Below are positions 1-12,528 of a stretch of DNA of 64,000 bases, piece after piece. Made by a program: the position numbers and the translations under genes. How positions within the stretch are numbered: the first letter of the stretch is position 1; every line of letters begins with the position of its first letter. Below the pieces are notes generated by a model. It was not told the DNA's origin, searched no databases, and saw only the letters and a list, made by a program, of their open reading frames with translations. Origin of the DNA: Podarcis erhardii (taxonomy: Eukaryota); NCBI GenBank assembly GCA_964252035.1, contig OZ176200.1; one strand, 5' to 3'.

Positions 1-1455
1 TAACGTTTTGCAGCACTGGTTCAGTATGAGAAATCATAACAAGAAACTGACTTGAAAAAGATGATTCACTGCAAGTACATATCTGCAGAAATGTAACTGC
101 ACTTCCCACTAATTACATTTTTGTTAAAAGAGATAACAGTCTGAAACGCACACAGCAGCACTCTTAGTACTCAAACACTTATCCTTTTTGTAGGTTTGGT
201 GAGGTACTCTGAAAGTAACAGGCAAAGGCTTTCAAGAGTGACCACCTTTCAAGAGTGACTCCAGGCTGAATCTTGATTTACTGCCTTTCACCAGCTGAGT
301 TGTAGGGAGCCTTATTCCATTGCCTGAACAGAAGGAAAAGAAACAAGCAATAGTCTGGTCTAATCCATTGTGGACCAGCTACCAAGAGATCCACTCCAAA
401 GCAAAAAGTGAAGGCAAAGTTGGGGATGAGCTGAAGTCAGCAGCCACTGAATTCATTTAGAAAGCAGACGGGAACATAAAGGAGTATGAAGCAGGATACA
501 GGAACAGTATACTGCGATGTCAGCAGAGGGGACTGGATGCAAGTACAAAGTTCAGGAAGAAAGTGTTGCAGAATTTGACAGGCCACCAAAGTAACCTATT
601 GCTGTTCTGGAAGTACTCAGCAGTAGTCAGCATCAGTGTTCTACTGGCAAAGCAGCTGTAAAGGCATTGTGGAGCAGAGGTATCTGTATCTAGATCAGTG
701 GTTGAATAATGGTTGATTGTTCTGGGGAAGGGCATCAAGTAAATGCTCAGGTTAACTGTTCTTTAGCATATCCACATAACTGCCTTCAGTCTGGACAAGA
801 TGCTTCTGGGTGGGCATGAAAGCCTGTCCATCAAAGGCTGTCAGTGGTCCCAAGCATTTAATGCAGCAACATTGCTGAAACTGTGGATGTGGTCTCAATG
901 AGTCCCTTTAATGGGAGACCACGAACAGCCCCATAGTAGAATGGGAAGTATATTAAATATTAAAACATGTTTAAAGTGATTTTTAACAGACATGATAAAG
1001 TCCGTCATCTTGATGGTTAGGGGTGTTGAAGCTGTCTGAATGATGGATTGGCCGCAGTCTTATGGCAGTTTCTAGAAGAACTGCCTAGCATTGGATGCTT
1101 GTCCTAGAATGAGAAGAAATGTTTCAGTTTTATGCAGAATTATTGTCTAAAAATGTGGATGTTGCTCATTCCTGAAGACACAAGAAAGCTGCACAATATT
1201 CTCCCCCCCCCCCCCACTTTCCAGAGTACATGCACTGGACTCTTGTGTTGTGTGCACCACTAGATGGGGTTTTTGGGGGGAGGGATTTCAGAAACATTTT
1301 TTCCTATGAAATTATTAGCACTATTAGAGCTTTGAGTCCCAACTATTTTAAAAGGTCAAATTGATGGTGAGAGTCCACTGCTCTATGGGAGAGTATCTGC
1401 AAATTTGGGGGTGGTCCTTTCCTCATCTAAAACTTATTACCTGCTTGGGTCACAG

Positions 1456-1479
1456 CAATCAATCAATCAATCAATCAAT
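1456..1479. repeat. (AATC)n microsatellite
   Basis: About 6 tandem AATC units. Confidence 0.9.
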
Positions 1480-4400
1480 AGGGAAAATGGGAAGATTTTT
1501 TTTTTAAAAAAAGAATGGGCAAGACCTCATAATCACATTCCATTTTAACTGATCTAGATATCACCTGCTTACGTACCAAACTATCAAGATGGAGGGATCA
1601 AAGTCCTGAAAGGCATGCTTCTTAAAAACTCTTAAGTTTCTTCACTTTGATAAAATGTACTGGGCCTGTTTCATTTCCCCACCCATTTCTTTCAATTCCC
1701 CACAGAATTCTTCCAATACCGATTTCAGATTGTCAAAGAACATGTAGGTATTCCAGCTTTGAGGTCTTCCAAACAGCTACATGTTCTAATGCACAAATCC
1801 AGACCATGGGGTTCATTATTATTTGAAGTATTTAATCCCAAATGAAAGAAAACTGCTAAAAGTTGTTGAATAAAGTCTGTCAAGGCTATTCTCTATGAGT
1901 ATCTCAAAGGATCTAACAATCTAGGTAAGAGCAAAAAGCACCTGTAGCGGCTGGAGCGCCCCTCCCAGGGAGCAAACATTGCACTTAGGAAAACTGTGAT
2001 TTGAATACTAAGTATCACAGTATTTACATTATTTGCTAACTTTTTTAGTCTGATGTATTGTACCAAACACCAGTGGTTGAAAAATTGATGGGGACAGGCT
2101 ATTAATAACAACCTATTTTAAAGGTTCATCAGAAGCAGAATAAATTGTTTAAACTAAAACATATACATCAGCCCAGGTATCCTAAGCCATCCAATAAATG
2201 CAAACAAAAATGATCCTACAATTTTGTACAAAAAAAAATTGCTTCAGTACCCCAGAGCACAGTCCTAGCACCAGAGTTGGTTTAGAATAGGATTCTGTAC
2301 TCAAGTGTAATCAAAACGTTTACAGCTTCTGTTCATCACAGTATTGCAGGTGCTTTCAAACTCTGCTAGTGACTCTTACGTATTCAAACTGTACTAGGAA
2401 TAAAAGGGAGGGGGCAAAGACTGGAAGTTCAACATGTAGCATTCATTTCAGGTCTAAGCTAAACGAAATGAAAAGGGGGGGGGGAGGAAGGGAAGCAGAC
2501 TATAGGTCAAAGAGAGTATACATGGAAATAAGGATCTCATTAAAACAGGAACAAGTATTCCACTGATCCCTATAATCCAAGCATGGACGTTATTTACCCA
2601 TACTCAATTACTTTCAGTTGAATACCCATTCTGTCCTAATATCCTTTTTACTTAAAACTGAATTGCTGTGGAAGTCTACCTTCAACTTCAGGAAGATAAA
2701 GAGTCACAAGATCTGTCCCTTTGACCAGCTTTTTTCACTTGAGGTTGCCAATGACTCGATATTAAGATGAAGTCAGTGCAATTTAATTACATTATCAATG
2801 GCTCAGAATCTTTATAAGAAGAAGACTTATAAATCTTGCTAGAAAAACTACTTACTACAACTGCAACTTGCATACATTTATTGTTGGAAGCAAGGGCCAC
2901 TGATTTTAAACGCAATTAATTGCAGATAGCTCAATTCTGTAAAATGCTGCACCAGTTTATTTCGTTTATGTCCAATTCTGTATGCGTACCCGTGTACTCC
3001 AGAAAATTACAGAGCTGACCTACATGAAGCAGAAAACACCTCTTGACCCAGACCCAGGTCAGCCCAAAGTGATTAACCAAGATGTTTTCCACCTCAAATA
3101 GATCAATCCTGCAACTCGCCAGCAAAATGATAGAGCTGACAAGATGCACAAACTGATTGCACTAAACGTAAGGTTGTAACTAGGGTATTATGCCAGAATC
3201 ACGTCAGCAATAGATACTGCATTTTTGCGCAATCCCATGGGTTAATAGGTATAATAGAGTAGTGCTCTGTCGATACATCACAATGACTGTTTCACACATT
3301 TATTTGATCAGAATAAAAAATATTAGAATCATGAAATAATATGAAGAATTTACAATTTAAACACCAAAATATCACCTAGTGGCTAGAATAAAATTAATTT
3401 TTAAAAATGAATTAAATGTTTTTTTATTTAATCCCTAAATTTAGTATCATCTAATTCTAGGACCTTAGACATTAATGATAATTCGTAAAGTTTATTAATC
3501 TAGTCATTTACTAAAGGTAGTTTGGAGGCTGTCCATTTTTGGCAAAAACAAACAAACTACAGGACAAAAGTTTGGTGTATTTTTTCTGTTTTTATGTTAT
3601 TAGGCTCACTTTAGACAGGTACCAAATACAACTACAACATAGTAAGTTCTAAAACAGTACAGAATAAAAAAAACCTGCACACGAAGTGACTTACAGAGAT
3701 TGAAAAATGAGTTTAAGAAGGCTGTCCTAATCCCTGACAGGCAACAGCATGGCTATGTGAAGTGGCACCACAAACCACTGCATCCACAGCCCTGTTGCTC
3801 ACATTAACCAGGGTGGAAGGTGTGGGAAGGAAAAACTGCCCCTATGCTCTGCCATCTCCCAGACTGGCACAGCAAAGGAGTTGGATTGAGCAATTCCACT
3901 ACTGTCATTTGATGCTAGCAGGGATAGGTCCTGTGCCAGTCCTGCCCCTGCCCCTTTCTGTCTCTGAAATGCCCAACTTCAGGTGTTTCCTCTGGCTACA
4001 GCTAGAAGGGGTATTATCAGTGGCTGCTTATACCCACCCTTTGGGAAATTTGGGCACTCCTTGCCAGTTGCCAGCAGGGCTGGCCCAGTGACAGAACAGG
4101 GAAGGGCTGGGCAGAGGGGCAACTTTGCTCCATCCAAACCCTCTCCAGCACAGAAGATTGGGGTTTTGGAATGCTCTGCCAATTGGGTTTTGCTACTTTC
4201 TTTTAAGTTTTATTTAACTAATACCTCATGAAATGTTATCTACATAGTCAAATCACACAGTTCAAGACTCATCCAACTCAAGAAAAAGCTTCTTAAATTC
4301 ACTAATATGCAATAAAAGCATTTAAGAATGCATCCTAGACAAGTTCTTACTTTAAGCGTGCAAAGAAATGCCTCCTACATTTCCAATGAATTGGCATGAA

Positions 4401-4741
4401 AAACAAATGCAAGATATAACTTCTGTAATGATACACCATGAACAAACATTTGTCCACAACAATGGTGGATATACTGTGTTACTATATTATTTAAATGCCT
4501 AAGGTAAGCAAGGGAAAGGAGTCAATACTGAGACCTAAACAAATGCAAACAATATAGTAGTTGTCTGCCAAATTTATGGCAAGCTACTTCAACAAAATAC
4601 TTTTCCAATTCTCCACAGCTCAAAAGGGTGTATACTTGTAATGGGTTCTAATGAAAGATATCACTGTATCTGTTTTGCATCCCTTCAACACAGCTCTCAC
4701 AAAGAGCAGATGGTCTGAAATCTATCTAGGCTTCATCATTT

Positions 4742-4892
4742 CAGTAGGTGGGATTCATGTGATTGAATACTGCTCTATTCAATTGCCTAGGCATAGAAAC
4801 TAGGAGGTCAGAGAGGATTCTAGCCTAACCTCTCCCTAGTATTCTAGTTTTCTGTGTCTAGGCAATAATTCTACCACGTGGGACCCACCTGC
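4742..4892. mobile_element. Old degenerate palindromic MITE-like element
   Basis: Imperfect inverted arms GTAGGTGGGATTCATGTG...CCACGTGGGACCCACCTGC with inner CTAGGCA/TAGAAACTAG symmetry. Confidence 0.35.
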
Positions 4893-5346
4893 AGCCTTCA
4901 ATAGCTATTTGTAAGAAATAGTTCTGAGAACAATATATATAGGAGCGGTTTTCAAACCTACAGGGGCACTTTCTGTATTGACATCAGTAAGAAATCCCTG
5001 TGCATTGCAAATATTCAGCATAATAGACAACAACATTGCCTTGCATGAACTGATTGAAGAACACAGCCAGCAGTCCCATGCAGCTCTATACTGCAGGGCA
5101 ACAGTGGTTGAGCAAGAGATTTATTAGGAAAGTCTGCTTGTGATCCCAATTAGCTTCTGAGAATGCTAAGATATCCATGAACAGAGTATAAAAAGTAATC
5201 AAACTACTCTACTCCCCATCACCTAGAACATAATTTCCCACCAGTAACTCTATCAACTGCTTACCGATACTTCCTTCTGTTTCAAAACAACAATGTTCTT
5301 TAAAACAAACATTTTGGTGGAAAGAAAAAACTGCTTTCTCGGGTGA

Positions 5347-5485
5347 GAAGGCTGGGGAACCTGGGGCCCCGCAAATGTTCTTGGACTCCAATTCCTTAGC
5401 CTCAGCTAGCATGGTCAGTGGTCAAGGAAGATGATGGAAGTTGTAATCCAGGAACATCTAGAGGGCTGCATGTTCCATACCCCTG
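5347..5485. mobile_element. Degenerate palindromic hAT-type MITE
   Basis: GGGGAAC...GGACTCCAATTCC...GGAAGTTGTAATCC...GTTCC..CCCCTG; same architecture as the copies at 27273 and 57073. Confidence 0.55.
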
Positions 5486-5840
5486 TAGGAGATTACTGAT
5501 CATACTGTATTTAGAAGAAACTGGATTCATTTTACATATGAAAAAAACCTAATAAAACCATCAACAAAAAATCATGGAATTTCAGTCAATAATTCAGTCA
5601 ATAATTAAAAGACACTCTTTTATATTCATTCTTCAGTGATCAGGTGTCTGTGGTGGAAAAGCCAAAACAAGTTTCCTAGTTTAATAAGCATTTCTGCACA
5701 CAGCTTTGTTCAAATCTCATGCAGAGCGAAACTAGCCGGCAAATCCTGACAGCTGACAGATTAGAACAAACTTCTTTTGCAGCTCAGCTGGATCAGGGAG
5801 GTAAGTCTATTCTGCTTTCCGACCCTTAGCTGAAACTACG

Positions 5841-5854
5841 GTGCCCCCTAGAGG
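5841..5854 (-). promoter_or_regulatory. Candidate CTCF site at the left edge of the CpG island
   Basis: Minus strand CCTCTAGGGGGCAC matches 13/14 of the CCASYAGRKGGCRS core. Confidence 0.5.
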
Positions 5855-6919
5855 TCGCCTCTCGCCTTCTTCAAAGGCCGGGAGCAATGCTCCTCCACTC
5901 AAGGCTGCCCTGCCCGATCCAGTCACATCTGCTTTCCGTGTCGGGCACCGCTCCCCAAGCCCAGCTCAAACGCTGGGAAAACGAGACACCCAGGATCAAG
6001 CTGCCTTTTCGCCACCTATCACAGAAATCCCGTGCCAGCTCCACCTCTCCGAAGATCCGCATCCCCTTAAACGCCGAAGCAGCGCAGCAGGAGGAGGAGG
6101 GATGCCAGCTGTCACAGCCAACCGGGAGATGGGTGTGTTGCGGGTCTCACAGCCACTGGTGGCCCAGCGCCGCTTTCTGCGGGTGCTTCTAAAACCTAAG
6201 TAGCCTAAGTGGCCCGTCCGATCTTCGGGGGTGGCTCCCCTTCCCCTGCCAGACCCATAAAAGCGGTCCGAAGGCGCCCCGTGCGCAGTACCATCTCGGG
6301 AAGCCAAGCAGAGGCCTAGGCCTGGATGGGGGAGTCACTTAGGAACCTCCATGAATAGGACACTCTAGAGTTCAATGGAAATGCGGACGCAGCGGGCAGG
6401 TGTGCGATGAGCAGCACCTGGTGCCAGATCCCCGCTAGGGGGGGGGGATGCTCGAAGCACCTCGTTCTAGCCTGGACAGCTGCCCGGCTGCTTCCCCAGG
6501 TGCGCTTGGTGGCCCTTCCCAAGTGCTGACACGACCCTCTCCCGCCACCTCCAAGGAAAGGCTGCCTGGCTCTTCCTGCAGGCCCCAGCCATCCCCATCG
6601 CCTCCTTCGCCGCCCGCCCTCCCAGCCCCACCGTATTGTCCTCATCTATGGGCGCCGGAGGAGGAACGAAGCGCACGATGCCATTTCTTTATTTGATGCC
6701 CTTTAGAGAAACGAAACCCCTCCCCACATGTCTGCCCCCGAAGACCCTCGTCTCCTCCGTCACGAGAAGCAGGTCCCCCCCCCCCCACTTCGCCAACGGG
6801 TCGTCGCCCCACCTCGGGCCCTGCCCAGCCTGAGGGGGCCTCGCTTCCATCCTGCCCCCTCCCCGGAAGGAGTGGGGCCCTCGCCGCCGCCGTGCCAGTT
6901 CCAGGACACCCCCCCCCCA

Positions 6920-6945
6920 ACACACAAACACACACACACACACAC
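6920..6945. repeat. (CA)n microsatellite in the first intron
   Basis: Interrupted CA run. Confidence 0.85.
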
Positions 6946-6988
6946 CCCTCCGTCCCCTCCCCTCGTTCCGCCTCCGCCAAGCACTCAC

Positions 6989-7182
6989 CTCCTAGCTGCC
7001 CCTGGGCACTGCAGTCCTCTTCGCCAGCCGCGGCCCCGCAGGTCCACAAAGCCTCCGCCGCCGCCGTCCAGAATCTCGGCCAGAGGCGAAAAAAAATAAT
7101 CATCTATATATATAAAAATAATAATTCCAAGGGGAAAAATGGCGGATTAAAATCCAAGATGGCGGCGGCGAGGGCGAACGAT
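6989..7182 (-). other. Candidate non-coding 5'-UTR exon of the minus-strand gene
   Basis: Ends in a strong donor GAG|GTGAGT (exon end 6989). Possible acceptor GTAGCTTTTCCAG| at 7183/7182, or an internal TSS. No convincing protein. Confidence 0.45.
7136..7166 (+). promoter_or_regulatory. Tandem YY1 motifs
   Basis: AAAATGGCGG (7136-7145) and AAGATGGCGGC (7156-7166), 20 bp apart, both near-consensus YY1 sites typical of housekeeping promoters. Confidence 0.6.
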
Positions 7183-7510
7183 ATCTGGAAAAGCTACCTA
7201 GAGATCCATCCGCCGGGCCCCGAGAGAAAAAGTCCTCGAGTCCCCTCACGACGACCCTGCGGCGCAGCAACAACAAACCCAGGCACGGTCCTTCCTTCCG
7301 CGAGGAACACCGGGCGCCCCGAGCCAGACCCACTGAGGCAAATCCTCGCTGCGCGCTGAAGTCTTTTGTCTTCCTTCCAGACCCCCTGTTTTCCTCGCAC
7401 AGCCAAAAGAAGCGCCTCCTGCTTGTGTGCTCCAAAAGCGGCGGAGGGACACGGCAGACTGGGCGAAGACCTCCTTGCGAGGGAGCGGAGGAATACGCCG
7501 CCAAAGAGAT

Positions 7511-7519
7511 TCTTACCTT
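7511..7519 (-). other. Candidate splice donor of an upstream alternative first exon
   Basis: Minus strand AAG|GTAAGA with exon end at 7517, inside the CpG island. Confidence 0.4.
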
Positions 7520-8732
7520 AGCGTTTTAACTCCACAGGCCGGAGCGAGGTACAGCAACCCATCCCCGTTCGCCTCTGCAGTTTCTACACCTCTCCCCGCC
7601 GCGGAAGGACACCATGAAGGCCGTTTGCACGCTTACTCGCAAGATTCGGTGCGGAGGGATACACATATAAACAAGGCCTGCTCAGTATAGTTTGAGAACC
7701 CGAAAGAAACCATTAAAAAAAAAAAAAATCAATCCGCCCCTTTCCCCGCAGCCCTTTAAATAAGCTGGAGCCTCAAGCGAAGACTGTCAGGACAGTTTGA
7801 GTTGAGTGTAGATTTGGTGGGTCGTCATACGGCAGGCTACCTAATAATCCTTGCGCGTTGTAACTAGCCAAGCCGAACGTGGCTCACCGGTCATGTTATG
7901 GCCCACCAGGAACTCGACATGCCTTTTATTTTTGCTGCCAGAAATGGAGTTGTCAAGTCCCTAGATAAGCTGAAGATACGACATGGTTGATGGGCTCCGT
8001 TTGATTTGGGGGCAAGGTGTCCCGCATTGTGTAGACCTGCGTTACTGTGTCCTGATCCAGACCCGCTCCCCCTCCTGACTTCCATCACCAGCTTGGGTGG
8101 GGTTTAAAAATCTCCATGACACCCCCCTAGCTCATCGGTGGCTTTTCTGCCTCATAGGGTCCCCCCTTCTTTTCCTTGTCCTCTCAAGTTCATCGAGCAA
8201 AAGGGAAGGTGACAGGGTGCTTGTCACCTGGGGAGTCGGGTCTATGCTGTCAGTATGCAAAGCAGCATTTTAAATAAACGCCTCGTGGAAAAAGAATTAT
8301 TCACACCGCTTTGGGTATCAAGAGTAAAAATGACTCCCTGTAAGTAGGAAGGACCTCGACTGTGCCCTGCTAACACGCTGTTTGGTGCTACAGTGTTTAT
8401 ACACTTCACAAGAGAATATAGCAGCAAGGTGTCCTGCGAACAAATGCCCTTAAAATGAGAAAGGAATTCCTTTACTTGCTCTACCCAAGTCCTTCAGTGT
8501 GCCTTGAGGGCTACATTTAAAGGGCCTGGCCAGCGTTGATTTGATCGTGAACATTTGCAAGAGAAAAATGGAAGGTTTCTATCTTATCTCCCTTCCCCTT
8601 TCATTGCCATAGATGTGGAAGTCGTCTAGTCGCCGTTTGCAAGCAATTTTGATGCCTCCGAAAGAAAAAGGAAATTAGCTTTTTGCTTATGTTCATTTTA
8701 ACGTCTGAAGCAGTGAAACTTAGATCGTAGCA

Positions 8733-8790
8733 GCTACTTCCGTTTTTGGGGTGGGGGGATGTATCTTGCAGTTCTGATCGCGGAAGTAGC
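8733..8790. promoter_or_regulatory. Inverted pair of ETS/GABP-type sites
   Basis: GCTACTTCCG (8733-8742) and its exact reverse complement CGGAAGTAGC (8781-8790); a CRE-like TCACGTCA follows about 25 bp later. Confidence 0.4.
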
Positions 8791-11399
8791 AGCTGCAATA
8801 TCCCCGTGTGTCCTCACGTCAAACGTTACACTGTTCATGCAAGTAGGCCTCGTGTGTGAGCAAGTTACTCGCACATCAGCTGGCTGAGCTAATATCTGTA
8901 CCGGCAAGCACTTTGTTTTCTCCTTTCTAAACCCTGTCTAGAGCCCAGCAGCATTTCCTCAAGCATTCTCTCTCTACCCCCCTCCCACTTGCTGTTGTGT
9001 ATTGAGAAAGAGGGAGGGCATTATGGTAGAGACATTGCTTTTAATTGCTTCAGATTAACATATGAATCAAATAAGATGAATAGTGTGGAATCTGAGGAAA
9101 ATTGGAACATTCCCCCCATAAGTTCCCAAGGTCATATGTCAAGAGCACAATTTTACAAATCTTTCAGTATAACTTTCTTTCTAGATTTTACCTGTTTAAT
9201 TAAAAAACAAAACAAAAAAATTGGCCTTATGACCACTTTCTCTTCTAATAAGCCACTAACCCTGGGGAAGCCAACTTAAAAACAAACAAACTGCCTTTAC
9301 TCTGGTGGTACCTTTAAGGGCAGCTTGATATACAGAAATGTAACCAGTGAAGCTTTTTCCTACATAAGGAAAGAATAATCCTGGGAAAAGCTTCATCTGA
9401 TACATTGTCTGTCACATTGACATTAAAGGCACAGAAGGAGAGCTGGGGTTGGGTGGGTATGGCAGGTCCACTCAAAACACTGCAGTACAGTATATATAAC
9501 ACAAAGTCAGGGGCGTGAGTGTTACAGCGTAAGTTACTCAGCTGCACATATAGCAGGCTGCCTAAACTAGTGTGCAGTAACACTAAGTGTGACAATAGGC
9601 AGTATGAACTCAAATGCATGTGTGTGTTTTAATGCTGTTTTAGTGCCCTGATGGATTATGCATTGCATTAACCCACTTCCTATGGATTACCCTGAATTGT
9701 CCCCAAACAAACAGAGCAGTGCAATGACCCTTGGTCATAATTTTGCAATGTGAAATGGAAACAAGAAGAGGATAACCAGTACAACCCAACTCAAACTTGC
9801 ATTTTTCATGAAGAGACCTACTGCTGATGTATAATTGTTCTTGTAAAACAGAGGTTTCAGATTTTCTACCTTCAAAACACCATTTCCACATAATCTCAAG
9901 AGAACTGGACTACCATAAATTGTGGCACAAGCAACTGTTTCCATAGCATTGAGAATCTTTATAGTACAGCAGTTCACATACAATACTTGCTGTGGTTCTC
10001 TTGTCTGGCAAACAGAGGCCCTGATCTGCTGCACATTCTTCACACACCAATGTATTATTTAGGCTACCTCCCCACAAAGCCAAACAAGTATACTCCTCTA
10101 TTGGGTGTCTTCCCATTTAGTCATGGAAAGCTGCTTTATGATGACATTGGATCTTTGTCGACATCTGGCTACAGGAAGCAATTCCCCTGTTGCTCCTATA
10201 GGATGTTCTGCAGAGAAATCCTATATGGATATTCCATCTCTGTGGAACTTTAAGCTCTGTTCTTTTGACTCACCATCCTTTGATGAGCCTACTGGGATAT
10301 GGGTCTTTGATGGTAGGAGCTTCCTAGTCTGCAAGGCTGGCTTCTAGTTCAGAGGGAAGACACATCCTTCAAGGAGCTAGTGGTGGTTCTACCTCAGGGT
10401 TAAGCTCATTACACCCGCTTAGCTGGATCTGCACCCTCTCCAACTGGGTATGGTACAGTAATTAATTGCTTCATGTGCATACAAACACATTCTGCTGCTA
10501 GTTTCCGTGACTTTACAATCAGGAAATGAAAATAGTATTGAGTTAATCTCTGGTCCCAAGAATAGGAAAGACAACCACTTCTCATTTGTTTAAGTTTTTG
10601 TTTTAAAGGTTCATTGTCATTGACATTTGCACACAGAAAATAAGAACAAGTGACAAATACAAAAATGCTTGAAGACAGTTGTTGAAATGTATTGCATTTA
10701 TTTAAAAACAGCATCAGAGTGTTACAGATGATCAATACTAGATGGCATTCTCTTAAAAATAAATGCCTGTAATTCATTTGAGGGCTCTACCGATGTCATA
10801 AGTTGCTAATATGCAGGCAACATAATTTGTTAACAGCTGGAACCATCCTATGGGGAAGTACTCCATTGTATTATATCAGGCACTGGAAAGTGATCTTAAT
10901 AAAATATGGAAATATTTCAATATAACCTTTTGAATGTGTTGATCTTTCACATGTTCCTCAATACAGCCTTTTAAATATGTGGATTTTGCACTGAGGTAAT
11001 ATCTCTAGAGAACTGATGCCTTCTTTTCTCAAACCAAGCAACAGCAACCCAAATATATTCTCGCATCCGCCAATATATGTCCATTTCCCTTTTTTCAAAT
11101 GGTGTTTAAGAGCTGTGACTACTTAAATAAATAAGTTGTAGTATTTTCTCCCCACTCTTTACCTGAAAAAGCTCCTATAGCAGCTTATGTAAGATCAATA
11201 ACACAAGATAGTCCCTGCCCTCCAGCTGGCTTGAAATCTAAAAGGCAGGACACAAAAAGAAAAGGGGACCAGGAGGAAAGGAGAAAACAAGCACATTCAG
11301 GCAGCAGTTCTTAAAGTTACAAAGCTGTTATAATGTCCAGCTGGAACTGAAACAGTTCAGGGAGAAAAAGGCAAAGTGAGTTGGTCTTTCAGCAGAGAT

Positions 11400-11653
11400 G
11401 TGGGAGCAGGTCTTGTTTCCCTAGTTTTCCCTCTGTTTATGCTGCAGACTTCCAAAATTGAATGTAGATAGATAGGTTGACTACAGCTGCTGTCACACAC
11501 CACATATTTAATTGAAAGCTGCAACAGTCTGATGAGGAAGAAGAGAACAGCTAGTATTGAGGTGGGGAAAAGGTTCATTCCCCCAAACTAGCAGTAAGCA
11601 GGAAATCTACAATATCTGTACACATGCACCTATTTCACAACTTTCCCATGGAA
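11400..11653 (+). repeat. 254-bp host segment, left copy of the duplication flanking the copia element
   Basis: GTGGGAGCAGG...CTTTCCCATGGAA, identical by eye to 15979-16232 (offset 4579). Confidence 0.95.
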
Positions 11654-12187
11654 GATTTCACCCCTCCCATATCCAAGAATCTCCTGAGGTCTCTGCTGAC
11701 TCTACAGAGAGGAGGAGCAATGTACTGCTCTCTACTTAATTAGTCAAGTGAGTGAGTCAGTCTCTGTGTGAGAGAGAGAGTCAGTCAGTGTGTCGGAGAG
11801 AGAGTGCAAGAGATCGTGTTTATAGATAAGATTGCTGCTAAGAGCAGCTGCAGGCACTCAGAGTATAGCATTGATTTATGCTCAGAATATTTAGCTCTGT
11901 ATATAGTTTGTATCATAGCTGTAGTTATAGAATAAAGGAGGATATTTTACAGAGCTGCTCTCCGAGTGGTTTATACTCTGCAAGACTCTGCAAAACGCTG
12001 CTGCGCAACGACTGTATTATTGAGACAGTGAATCCGGTGCTCTCAGCTCCAAGCTGTGAGTCCACAGCACTGTGACCTGTTCCTGTGGGAAAGGAGGTCT
12101 CTGGCAGTGCTACCCAGCTCGCCTAGCCCAGTCGGGGCTGTAGTGCATGAGTCCAGTCGGTACACTGGCTCAAGGGCGATGCTGACA
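11654..12187 (+). repeat. 5' LTR (534 bp, lacks the first 6 bp TGAGGA)
   Basis: Identical by eye to 15445-15978; ends in ...GCTGACA; AP-1 TGAGTCA 11753-11759; AATAAA 11931-11936. Confidence 0.95.
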
Positions 12188-12189
12188 TC

Positions 12190-12203
12190 GGTTATGGGCC
12201 CAG
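12190..12203 (+). promoter_or_regulatory. Primer binding site complementary to the internal (anticodon-arm) part of initiator tRNA-Met
   Basis: GGTTATGGGCCCAG, 2 nt after the LTR, is the reverse complement of CTGGGCCCATAACC in tRNA-iMet; the half-tRNA primer type used by Drosophila copia. Confidence 0.9.
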
Positions 12204-12528
12204 TCGTCTGACCAGTCATTGTTTCAGTCATCCCAGTCGTCCCAGTCGCCAGAGGTTTCTGTTGCTGATTGCTGGACGGAGGAACGGAGGCTGCATGCTG
12301 GACTGCTTTGTGGTGCCTAGAAGCAGAGCTGTGTTGGAGCAGAGTGCTCAAGCTGCCGCTGTTGCTGTTGCTGCTGCTTGAGGTATGTTGCTGACTGCCA
12401 AATAAAGAAGATAGCATCCCTGTTTGCCTGTTAATTGCGCTCTGAGTGGGAGAGAGAGTGGCTGAAGAAGTCCAAGGCTTTATCTGTGTTTGCACGAGGG
12501 AAGTTTCTTGCTCTGAGTAATAGCAGAC

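Larger units (their letters stand above)
5840..8300. promoter_or_regulatory. CpG island promoter of an unidentified host gene (probably minus strand, possibly bidirectional)
   Basis: Sharp rise in GC and CpG density relative to AT-rich, CpG-depleted flanks; contains YY1 motifs, GCC repeats, and consensus minus-strand splice donors at 6989/6988 and 7517/7516. Boundaries approximate. Confidence 0.8.

Noticed and set aside
500-1200. Possible decayed RTE/L2-type LINE on the minus strand (ILPILLWGCSW resembles LLYGCExW)
   Set aside because: A single weak motif, with no continuous frame, tail or TSD.
1954-1970. Additional CTCF-like motifs (also near 521 and 48753)
   Set aside because: Two to three core mismatches; not distinguishable from background by eye.
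5783-5800. 18-nt plus-strand micro-exon (TTTTGCAG|...GAG|GTAAGT)
   Set aside because: Antisense to the presumed gene, with no supporting partner exons; likely chance.
6989-7517. Assigning a gene name to the CpG-island gene
   Set aside because: Only non-coding sequence is present and I do not recognise it; BLASTN against annotated amniote genomes is needed.
5841-7690. Many overlapping 60-155 aa ORFs on both strands in the CpG island
   Set aside because: Pro/Gly/Arg/Ala-rich, no domain motifs; expected from stop-codon scarcity in GC-rich DNA.
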